Shown piece after piece: positions 1-7,681 of a DNA stretch of 37,275 nucleotides. How positions within the stretch are numbered: the stretch's first letter is position 1; each line of letters starts with the position of its first letter. A program made the position numbers and the translations under genes. The notes beneath the pieces were generated by a model, which was not told where the DNA came from, made no database searches, and saw only the letters and a list, made by a program, of their open reading frames with translations. Source of the DNA: a virus (lineage: Duplodnaviria; Caudoviricetes); IMG/VR virus record IMGVR_UViG_3300030372_003141, positions 1-37,275 of that record; one strand, written 5' to 3'.

Positions 1-17
1 GGCCTGAATTGGCTAGC

Positions 18-302
18 CTACGATAGTTGACTAACTAAGGCATCGACAGCCTCATCTGTGGTCAGACCTGCCGAAGGCGGACCTACCCAGATATGAGGGT
101 CGATAACTTTGTTATCAAACATCGTTGGTGTTGCATTGTATCTAGCCACCAAACCTGCTTTGTCGCAAAGAAGCTCTACCTTTGCGATGTCAAGGTTTGT
201 TGGATTGAATACAAGCAAGCCAATACCACCCTCCTTCTTGGGCTTTCGGACCTGTCCGCAAGATTGGAGGTGGTTGATGAGTTCAGATATTATCTCATTC
301 AT
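18..302 (-). CDS. Hypothetical protein (94 aa), first gene of a divergent leftward unit, possibly early
   Basis: ORF with SD-like GAAAGGA (complement of 313-319) about 10 nt upstream of the ATG; region is about 50% GC (30/60 in each of the first two lines), unlike the AT-rich structural operon. Confidence 0.7.
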   Translation of the reverse strand: MNEIISELINHLQSCGQVRKPKKEGGIGLLVFNPTNLDIAKVELLCDKAGLVARYNATPTMFDNKVIDPHIWVGPPSAGLTTDEAVDALVSQLS

Positions 303-330
303 AAGATTTATTTCCTTTCATTAAATGTTG

Positions 331-355
331 TGAATGTGATAATGTATCACACTCA
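331..355. promoter_or_regulatory. Inverted repeat, operator-like site upstream of the leftward gene
   Basis: TGA-A-TGTGATA-ATG-TATCACA-C-TCA: perfect 7-bp arms (335-341 and 345-351) extended by 3 bp after one mismatch. Confidence 0.4.
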
Positions 356-530
356 TCACGAACAGGGGACATCCACCACCACCGCAGGATATGAACAAAA
401 GGTTGATGAAACGAAGTTTCAACCTAGCCCGAAGGGCGGCAACCTTTTTTCAACCGGGTGGGGGTGCATGTATATCACGTGTAAACATTCTACGTCTAAT
501 TTTTGAAATTTTATTTTTTTCAGATTTTTC

Positions 531-559
531 TTGACTTTGTGGTACAAACGGGTTATTTT
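531..559 (+). promoter_or_regulatory. Sigma70-like promoter 1 for the rightward operon
   Basis: TTGACT (531-536), 17-bp spacer, TATTTT (554-559), preceded by a T-rich UP-like tract. Confidence 0.45.
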
Positions 560-608
560 ACTACGTAGTATAGATATAGTACTATAGCTATAGTTAGTAG
601 CTATAGGT
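559..608. repeat. Cluster of overlapping perfect palindromes and CTATAG repeats
   Basis: TACTACGTAGTA (559-570), TATAGTACTATA (575-586), ACTATAGCTATAGT (581-594); CTATAG recurs at 582, 588, 601 and 682. Confidence 0.7.
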
Positions 609-714
609 AATTATAGGCTTACCTACTGCGTATATATAGCTATGCTATTAACTTCTTCCTATATTAACAAGTTACCGTTGCCTATAGGTAAATGGCTACG
701 TAATAACTTAATTG

Positions 715-744
715 TTGACTTATATCACAAATCTTACGTATATT
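715..744 (+). promoter_or_regulatory. Sigma70-like promoter 2 for the rightward operon
   Basis: TTGACT (715-720), 18-bp spacer, TATATT (739-744), about 35 nt upstream of the SD GGAGG (769-773) and ATG 779. Confidence 0.55.
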
Positions 745-778
745 TGGGCTATATCTATCAAAGAAAAGGGAGGATTTG

Positions 779-1243
779 ATGACAACCACACTTACACCAG
801 GAACATTGGTGGTTACTATTTCAGAAACAGTTACACTTAACGGACAAGAGGCTAACTCTCAGAATACGTTAACGTTATCTAATAACATTGCAGAGGCATA
901 CAAAAGGATTCTTACTGTACCTGCTTCTGGAGAAATAACTATTTATACAACTCATGACACTGCAGTAGCAGGAGCTCAGCTTGATGATGATTTAATTAAA
1001 TATGCAAGAATAACAAATAAAGACGATACCAATTATGTTAGCGTTAGAGTTACTGATGCTAATGCTGACGAGTTTGTATATAAGCTTAATGCAGGAGAGT
1101 CATTTTTATTACATTCTCACGATACTTCTATGAGCGCATGTGATACTGCTGATGCAGGTGCTGCAAATGCTAATATTGTTAGTGTTGAAGCTCAAGCTAA
1201 TACTGCTGATTGTGACTGTGAAGTCTTTGTAGCGAGTATATAA
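779..1243 (+). CDS. Putative virion structural protein (small, acidic, beta-rich)
   Basis: SD GGAGG favours ATG 779 over TTG 776; Thr/Ala/Asp-rich composition; LxxGE and C-terminal EVFVAS pattern shared with 12475-12972. Confidence 0.6.
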   Translation: MTTTLTPGTLVVTISETVTLNGQEANSQNTLTLSNNIAEAYKRILTVPASGEITIYTTHDTAVAGAQLDDDLIKYARITNKDDTNYVSVRVTDANADEFVYKLNAGESFLLHSHDTSMSACDTADAGAANANIVSVEAQANTADCDCEVFVASI

Positions 1244-1743
1244 TGAAATCATTAGATAAATTATACTCTTTTATGCTTGGTAACATGTGTATACGTTACA
1301 AACAGACAGTTGATGATATGGAAGATATTATGGATAGAATAGCATTTCACGAATCACATGGAGACCCTAAGTGTCATCAATATGGTGGTGGTCCTGGTAG
1401 AGGGCTATTTCAATTTGAGACAGGAGTTAAAGAGGGTGGCGAAACAGCTATGAATCGATTATTACGCTGGTTTGCTAAAAACAACATTAAAGCACCTAAA
1501 TGGACAAATATCCCATTAGATGGTGTAGATGCTAGTGTTTTAGAGCCAAAAGCTCAAAAAATGCTATTTTTAGGAAATGTTAGATATCATCCGTATGCAA
1601 GCTTAAAAGGATTAAATGACGAAAATCTACCCGAATGGTGGGCTAAATATCATTGGGCAGGTCCTCAGTCTCAAAAAGATGAGAGAATTGCATCATTTAA
1701 TGATAGTATGGATTTCTATGAAAGGGGTAAAAAAAATGCCTAA
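1243..1743 (+). CDS. Lysozyme-like / lytic transglycosylase-fold muralytic enzyme (endolysin candidate)
   Basis: IAFHES (putative catalytic Glu), GGGPGRGLFQFE (GLxQ motif) and a later WAKYH motif, typical of lysozyme-superfamily phage enzymes; TAATG overlap with the upstream gene. Confidence 0.65.
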   Translation: MKSLDKLYSFMLGNMCIRYKQTVDDMEDIMDRIAFHESHGDPKCHQYGGGPGRGLFQFETGVKEGGETAMNRLLRWFAKNNIKAPKWTNIPLDGVDASVLEPKAQKMLFLGNVRYHPYASLKGLNDENLPEWWAKYHWAGPQSQKDERIASFNDSMDFYERGKKNA

Positions 1744-1927
1744 AAGAGAAATTAAGCATATTGACGGTAATAAAGCAGATTCTAAAGAAATGGCTAATGC
1801 CAAAAAGCAAGAACTTGTAGACGTTAAGTGGGAAAAGACACCTAGCTGGACGGTTATGCATTCATTTGGTAGAGAAAACAAAACATCGGATTATTTTGGC
1901 GAAGTCAAAAAAGACAAAGACAAGTAA
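1736..1927 (+). CDS. Hypothetical protein (63 aa, MPKREIKHIDG...)
   Basis: Start re-assigned from 1616 to ATG 1736, which follows SD-like AAAGGGG and overlaps the end of the lysozyme-like gene. Confidence 0.6.
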   Translation: MPKREIKHIDGNKADSKEMANAKKQELVDVKWEKTPSWTVMHSFGRENKTSDYFGEVKKDKDK

Positions 1928-2015
1928 TCAGGCTGGTAAAGGCGATTTACAGCGTTTTTTCCCTGATAAGCAGTATAAAACGAATTATAATAAAATATTC
2001 AGGAGGAAGAAATGA
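1896..2015 (+). CDS. Small basic protein (39 aa, MAKSKKTKTSNQAGKGDLQRFFPDKQYKTNYNKIFRRKK), not in ORF track
   Basis: TTG start assumed; TGA overlaps the next ATG (ATGA); GKGDxxR...YxxNYxxIF resembles a small-protein motif I recall from environmental phages. Confidence 0.6.
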   Translation: MAKSKKTKTSNQAGKGDLQRFFPDKQYKTNYNKIFRRKK

Positions 2016-2113
2016 TACCTGATTGGATTGCTTTGCTGGTTGAAATATGGGGCGTATTAGCATTATTAGGCCTTGTATTAACTTTAATATATTTAATTAT
2101 TACTGAGTGGTAA
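2012..2113 (+). CDS. Single-pass membrane microprotein (33 aa, MIPDWIALLVEIWGVLALLGLVLTLIYLIITEW), not in ORF track
   Basis: Perfect SD AGGAGG (2001-2006); ATG 2012; TAA 2111-2113 abuts the next ATG at 2114; long hydrophobic stretch. Confidence 0.75.
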   Translation: MIPDWIALLVEIWGVLALLGLVLTLIYLIITEW

Positions 2114-2890
2114 ATGTATACGATTAATATACATCATAAAGGAGATAAAGAAGCTACATCTTATAGAGTATATCGAAAAGATGAAGCTGATGAGAAAAAC
2201 ATTAAGTATAAGTATTGGAAGGATGCGGATACAGGAGAATATGCAATATCTGATGATGATTATGTTGCAAAAGTTATTAATAAACGTGAATATCAATCAA
2301 ATAATAAAACTCCTAACATTTATCTACGCTTTCCCTGGGGTTATACATTCTTTAGCCCTAAATACAATTCTAAAAAACTTAATGTAAAAGGCAGAAAGAC
2401 AAATGTCACCTTTACGGGTAAATCGTATATAGAAGTTCAGTCAGGGCAAGATAAAATGCAAAATCTTGCAACAATGTTTGCTTTAAAGCCTGATTATGAT
2501 TTAGCAATTGAATGGGCTATGGGAGCAGTAACAGATAGAGAAAGACGCAAATGGAAGCGTACAATGAAATCGGAGGTGTTTAAGAATATGGTTAAAGAAG
2601 AATTATCAAAATTATTAACAGACCGTGGACTAACAGAAGGTTATACTTTACAATTGTTAGAAGATACTATTGGAATGGCTAAAGATAAGAAAGATGTTTC
2701 TAATTTATTACGTGCCGTAGAAAACCTTCAAGATATGCATGGTATGAAAGATAAACATTTATTAAAAACAACTCAGCAAATTGAAGCAACTAGCTCAACT
2801 AAGCTAATAGATGAGTTGCGTGAAGAAGAAAAACATTTAATAGCAACACAGATAACTATAGAAGAAGTTGCTAAAGACGAGGAGGAATAA
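2114..2890 (+). CDS. terS: Probable terminase small subunit
   Basis: Lies upstream of the large terminase; C-terminal helical hairpin (TLQLLEDTIGMAKDKKDVSNLLRAVENLQDMHGM) like TerS oligomerisation regions. Confidence 0.6.
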   Translation: MYTINIHHKGDKEATSYRVYRKDEADEKNIKYKYWKDADTGEYAISDDDYVAKVINKREYQSNNKTPNIYLRFPWGYTFFSPKYNSKKLNVKGRKTNVTFTGKSYIEVQSGQDKMQNLATMFALKPDYDLAIEWAMGAVTDRERRKWKRTMKSEVFKNMVKEELSKLLTDRGLTEGYTLQLLEDTIGMAKDKKDVSNLLRAVENLQDMHGMKDKHLLKTTQQIEATSSTKLIDELREEEKHLIATQITIEEVAKDEEE

Positions 2891-2997
2891 TGCCTTACGG
2901 AACTGGAACATATGGTAAAAAAAGAGGTAGGCCAAAGAAAAAACAGAAAAACGGCTCACCTAAGAGAAGAAAGGCAAAGCGAGCTTCTCGAAAATAA
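2890..2997 (+). CDS. AT-hook-containing basic microprotein (35 aa, MPYGTGTYGKKRGRPKKKQKNGSPKRRKAKRASRK), not in ORF track
   Basis: SD GAGGAGG (2879-2885); TAATG overlaps at both ends, exactly filling the terS-terL gap; KRGRPKK AT-hook core; 16 of 35 residues K/R, none acidic. Confidence 0.8.
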   Translation: MPYGTGTYGKKRGRPKKKQKNGSPKRRKAKRASRK

Positions 2998-4490
2998 TGG
3001 ATTACGAAGAACAATACGCTCAGAAAAAAGTTTATTCAAAACTTTATGGGAATATGGCACTTTTTGGAAGGATGTGCTTCCCATCAGCATTAAGGAAAGA
3101 GATACCTCCCTTCCACAGCGATATATATCGTGCTCTTTCTGATGACAGTGCCCGAAGAGTAGCAATAGCTGCTCCTCGTGGTACTGCCAAATCTACAACT
3201 ACAAGTTTAATCTTTCCTTTATGGAGAGCAGCATTTAAGCGGAGTGACGAAGATTTATTTATAGTAATTATATCTGAATCACAAGCGCAATCTATCAACT
3301 TCCTATCGAGGATTAAATATCACCTCGGAAACTCCGATAGGTTTAAAGAGCTATTTGGAGATTTGGGCCCTACTACCGCGAAAAGATGGACCAATACTGA
3401 TGTAGTCTTGGCAAACGGGACAAGAATCATCGCAGTTGGTACAGGTCAACGTGTTCGTGGTTTTATTGAAGGTGATACAAGACCAAACTTGATAATAGTT
3501 GACGATTTTGAGTCAGAGCTTAATGCATTTACGGCAGAAGCTAGGGTTAAAAATCGTAGATGGATGACTGAAGCCGTAATACCGTCATTATCCGATGAAG
3601 GCAAGGTAGTAATGATTGGTACAGTTATATCTGAAGATTGTTTTCTTTATTGGGTAAAAGAAAGCTCCGCTTGGAATGTTTTATGGTACGCTATTACCAA
3701 TGATGACGGCACATCTTTATGGCCAGATAGATTTCCTCACTCAAGAATCAGGCAAATAGAAGAAGAGTATAAATCAGTTGGAAATATTAACGGATTTTAT
3801 CAAGAGTATATGAATATTGCTCAATCACCTGATTCAGCACCATTCAAACCAGAATGGATGAAAACGCATCGTTATGATTACAAGCGTATACAAGGGCAAA
3901 ATTGCTTAGTACGAACAATAGGTGAAGAAGAAAAGATTATACCAGTTGAAATCTATGGTGGTGTCGACCCAGCATCTTCGTTATCCATGAGAGCAGACTT
4001 TTTTGTAGTTTCTATGGTAGCTGTAGACTCGGAAAACAATAAATATATTGTTGATTTGTTTAGAGAGCGAATTTCTCCAGAAAAACAACCTCAAAAGATT
4101 ATTGATATGTTTAAAAAATATAAACCTAGAAGAATTAAAATTGAAACAGTAGGTTATCAAGAAGCTTTACGTACTGCGGTACGTGAAATTATGAGAAATG
4201 AAGGTTTGTATATTCCTGGATTAGAATCAGGAGTTAAACCTAGAACTAAAAAGTCAGAAAGATTACTTTCACTTGTCCCTATGTTTGCTAAAGGCGAATT
4301 TCATTGGCGTCCACAAGACATAGAAGGTCAAAAAGAGTTTATGGCTTACCCTAAAGGTAAGCATGATGATATTATGGACTCTATATGGACTGCACTTGAT
4401 GGGCACAGGCCTTGTAGGCAGTCAAAATTCGTTAAAATGGACGAAAATGACCGTATTGGAAAGAAATTCCTTGACTGGCTTACATTATAA
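2997..4490 (+). CDS. terL: Terminase large subunit
   Basis: Walker A APRGTAKST, Walker B LIIVDDFE, coupling motif MIGT, RNase H-fold nuclease motifs GGVDPA and HDDIMDS. Confidence 0.95.
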   Translation: MDYEEQYAQKKVYSKLYGNMALFGRMCFPSALRKEIPPFHSDIYRALSDDSARRVAIAAPRGTAKSTTTSLIFPLWRAAFKRSDEDLFIVIISESQAQSINFLSRIKYHLGNSDRFKELFGDLGPTTAKRWTNTDVVLANGTRIIAVGTGQRVRGFIEGDTRPNLIIVDDFESELNAFTAEARVKNRRWMTEAVIPSLSDEGKVVMIGTVISEDCFLYWVKESSAWNVLWYAITNDDGTSLWPDRFPHSRIRQIEEEYKSVGNINGFYQEYMNIAQSPDSAPFKPEWMKTHRYDYKRIQGQNCLVRTIGEEEKIIPVEIYGGVDPASSLSMRADFFVVSMVAVDSENNKYIVDLFRERISPEKQPQKIIDMFKKYKPRRIKIETVGYQEALRTAVREIMRNEGLYIPGLESGVKPRTKKSERLLSLVPMFAKGEFHWRPQDIEGQKEFMAYPKGKHDDIMDSIWTALDGHRPCRQSKFVKMDENDRIGKKFLDWLTL

Positions 4491-4500
4491 GGTGTAAATT

Positions 4501-6708
4501 ATGACCATGTCTAATCGTCCAAATTACTCAGAATCGCAAAATGCGGAAGAGTTTGTTAATGAAACTCATGATATATTTAGAAACTATTCTAAAGAAAGAG
4601 ATACGTGGGCAAAGCAAGCTAAAGAAGATAAAGAGTTTAGATTAGGCAGACAATGGACTCGAGAGCAAGAAGAGACTTTAAAATCTCGAGGTCAAGCTCC
4701 TATAGTAGTTAATAGAATACATCCTGCTGTAGAAGCGGCTAAAGCAATGCTGACGGCAAATCGCCCATCATTTAGAGTTGCCCCAAGAGAAGATTCTGAT
4801 AATAAAGTAGCGCAAGTTATATCTGGGCTTCTTTCGTATATGTATGATATATCGGATGGTACATCTATCGTAAGGCAAACAGTAGATGATTATTATACAA
4901 TGGGCGTTGGATATATTAATGTATACCAAGACCCTATGATGGATATGGGTAAAGGTGAAGTATGTATGCACAATGTAGACCCTATGGATGTGTATGTTGA
5001 CCCTAATTCAAGAGATAGATTTTTTAACGATGCAGATAATATTATTATATCTCGTATGTTTACTCGTGCTCAAGCTAATAAATTACATCCAATGTATGAA
5101 GATGCTATTAAAAATGCTTCTAGTGACCAGAGGTGGGACGACCCAGACACAGGACGAAGCACTGATAACTATGCAGCTACTTTCCCAGAGGATATACAAA
5201 ATGTTGACCAAGAGGAGTACATAAGGGGATACGAGAGATATTACAAGGTTAGAGTTCCTAAGTATCGAATATATGAAAACTTTAGTGGAAATGAAGAATT
5301 ATTTGACGACAGTGAGATGGAAGAGTATGCTGCTCAACCTGCTTGGATTTTTGAAGGTCAAGTATTAACTGACCCTGAACAAGTTGAAGGCTTAAAACAA
5401 CAGTACATGATGCAACAAAAAGAGCAACATGAGCTTACAAGAGACGAATTATATCGTAGAGGTGAAGACCCGAACAGTGTAGGCGCAGAACCTAATTATC
5501 AAGAATTGCCTATAGAAGAAACTAATTATCAGGGCTTGATTGAAAAAGGTTTGATTGAAGTAGTTCAAATTACTGTTGAGAGGATAAAGTATTGTGTTGT
5601 TATGGGCGATAAGTATCTATACTCTAGAATACTGCCTACTGACAAATATCCGTTAGTAGCATTTATGAATATACATACTAGAACACCGTATCCTACGTCA
5701 GACGTGAGAATGGTAAAAGGGTTACAAGAATTTATCAATAAAACGCGTTCTTTAATAGTTGCTCATGCTACTACTTCTACTAATGTGAAGATATTAGTTC
5801 CTGAAGGCAGCGTGGATATGAAAAACTTTGAGGAAAAATGGTCTCAGCCAGGTGTTGCTATATCATATGACCCGACAGATGGTCCTCCAATGCCAGTTCA
5901 GCCAAGTCCATTGCCTAATGAATTATATAATAATGAGCAGACTGCTAAATCTGATATAGACCATCAATTAGGTTTATATGAAATGATGATGGGTAATACT
6001 CAAGCGGCTCCTCAAACTTACAAAGCTACTATATCTTTAGATGAATTTGGACAAAGGAAAATTAAATCTAAACTTGCTGATATTGAAGCAGGATTAACAC
6101 GTGTTGCGCAAGTAGCTATACCGTTAATGCAACAATTATATACTACAAGAAAAGTATTTAGAGTTGTTCAACCAAACAACTCATTAAGCGAGCAGGTCAT
6201 TAATCAAAAATTGGTTGATGATAAAACTGGCGAAATAGAAGTATTTAATGATATTACAACAGGTTTATACGATGTGGTTTATGTAGCAGGTTCAACCTTA
6301 CCTACAAATAGATATGCTGAATTAGAATTTTATATGGATGCATATCAAAAAGGCTTAATCGATAGACAAGAAGTTCTGAAGAAAACTGAAGTGTTTGATA
6401 TGGAGGGAGTACTTGAAAGAATTGACATTATCAAACAATTACAGCAACAAGTACAAGGTTTATCAGAGCAGAATAAAAAATTACAGGGAGACTTGCAAAC
6501 TCGTGATAGAGAAGCGGTCAATCTTCGTAAGAAAGTTGAAGTTGAGAAGTTTAAAGCAGACTTGGATGGTGTCTCTAATAAGACAAAAGCCGCCAATACC
6601 CTGTATGAAAAACGTCTTGATGACAACATGTCCTTGTTGAAACGCGATGTAGCGTTGGCAATAAAAGAAACTGGCTCACCTTCTGGGGACAAGAAGCAGT
6701 CAAAATAG
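4501..6708 (+). CDS. Portal protein (P22-like, with C-terminal coiled-coil barrel)
   Basis: Follows terL; GRQW...NRIHPAV, VDPMDVYVDP and GLQEFINK motifs typical of podoviral portals; long C-terminal coiled coil. Confidence 0.9.
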   Translation: MTMSNRPNYSESQNAEEFVNETHDIFRNYSKERDTWAKQAKEDKEFRLGRQWTREQEETLKSRGQAPIVVNRIHPAVEAAKAMLTANRPSFRVAPREDSDNKVAQVISGLLSYMYDISDGTSIVRQTVDDYYTMGVGYINVYQDPMMDMGKGEVCMHNVDPMDVYVDPNSRDRFFNDADNIIISRMFTRAQANKLHPMYEDAIKNASSDQRWDDPDTGRSTDNYAATFPEDIQNVDQEEYIRGYERYYKVRVPKYRIYENFSGNEELFDDSEMEEYAAQPAWIFEGQVLTDPEQVEGLKQQYMMQQKEQHELTRDELYRRGEDPNSVGAEPNYQELPIEETNYQGLIEKGLIEVVQITVERIKYCVVMGDKYLYSRILPTDKYPLVAFMNIHTRTPYPTSDVRMVKGLQEFINKTRSLIVAHATTSTNVKILVPEGSVDMKNFEEKWSQPGVAISYDPTDGPPMPVQPSPLPNELYNNEQTAKSDIDHQLGLYEMMMGNTQAAPQTYKATISLDEFGQRKIKSKLADIEAGLTRVAQVAIPLMQQLYTTRKVFRVVQPNNSLSEQVINQKLVDDKTGEIEVFNDITTGLYDVVYVAGSTLPTNRYAELEFYMDAYQKGLIDRQEVLKKTEVFDMEGVLERIDIIKQLQQQVQGLSEQNKKLQGDLQTRDREAVNLRKKVEVEKFKADLDGVSNKTKAANTLYEKRLDDNMSLLKRDVALAIKETGSPSGDKKQSK

Positions 6709-6720
6709 GAACAATATACA

Positions 6721-7653
6721 ATGGAAGAAAATAACAATATGGATACCCCTCAACCTCAAACAGCAAACACTGGAACGTCTATAGATGCTTTTGGTGCTCC
6801 TGAAACAGTTGAAGGCTCCAATGATAACTTATCCGTTGAAGATGCGTTTTTTAGTCGCGCAGAAGAAACGAGTGAACAGGCTCCATCTACAGATGGACAA
6901 CCCGATGTAGCAACTGAAGCTCCAGTTGAGAATAGAAATGATGAAAAGCGTTACGAGTATTGGCAGTCTCAAGCTGCAAAGAAAGACAACGAATTAAATC
7001 AATTCAAAAATGAGGTGTCGCAAATGTTGCAAGCGCAACAACAAGCGCCAGCTCAAACTCAACAACAGCCTCAAGTTGACGAATTTCCACCCGCTCCACC
7101 TGCACCTGAAAAACCAGCGGGATTTTCTCGCGAAGAAGCTTGGGGTGACCCAAGTTCAGCGAGTGCCCAATATCTGGATGCTAAAGAAAAATGGCAAGAC
7201 AATATGACTGAATATCGTGATTTGAGAAATCAGTATGAAATCGCTACTGTGCGTGAGCAATTGGAAACGCAAGAAAAAAATAAGCGTGTTGCTGTAGCTC
7301 AGCGTGAAGAATACAATCGCCAACAAGCTCAAAATCGTGAAATATTTAATCACGTTCAAGGGCATTATGGCTTATCTCAAGAAGATGCGGTAGATTTCAT
7401 GAAAACAATGTCTGACCCAGGCTCTTTAAGCATGGACAATCTTGTCAGTCTTTATAGGTTAAGTAAAGGCCAAGGGCAAACTAATCCTCAATCGCAAGGT
7501 CCTAGCGAAGCATTTCAACAATCTAGAAATGCACAACAAGTTCCTTCACCGATGGGTGTAATGCCAGGCCAAACAAATCAACCTAGAAATGATTCTGACA
7601 CGATTATGGATGATTTAATTAAAACCCACAAGTCCAAGAATCCTTGGTCTTAA
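6721..7653 (+). CDS. Capsid scaffolding protein
   Basis: Between portal and capsid genes; acidic, Gln/Pro-rich, low-complexity N-terminus and coiled-coil core. Confidence 0.75.
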   Translation: MEENNNMDTPQPQTANTGTSIDAFGAPETVEGSNDNLSVEDAFFSRAEETSEQAPSTDGQPDVATEAPVENRNDEKRYEYWQSQAAKKDNELNQFKNEVSQMLQAQQQAPAQTQQQPQVDEFPPAPPAPEKPAGFSREEAWGDPSSASAQYLDAKEKWQDNMTEYRDLRNQYEIATVREQLETQEKNKRVAVAQREEYNRQQAQNREIFNHVQGHYGLSQEDAVDFMKTMSDPGSLSMDNLVSLYRLSKGQGQTNPQSQGPSEAFQQSRNAQQVPSPMGVMPGQTNQPRNDSDTIMDDLIKTHKSKNPWS

Positions 7654-7681
7654 GGGATAACTGTAAAAGGAGAAAACTAAA

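Noticed and set aside
427-451. Rightward intrinsic terminator at GCCCGAAGGGC...TTTTTT
   Set aside because: The stem is only 4 bp, the T tract is 7 nt away, and there is no credible + strand gene upstream; kept only as a candidate hairpin promoter.
93-506. 137-aa and 71-aa + strand ORFs
   Set aside because: Antisense to the 18-302 gene that has an SD, and they extend into regulatory sequence; no recognisable motifs.
2912-3142. 76-aa + strand ORF in the track
   Set aside because: Overlaps terL out of frame and lacks an SD; the 2890-2997 ORF fits the gap exactly with SD and double TAATG coupling.
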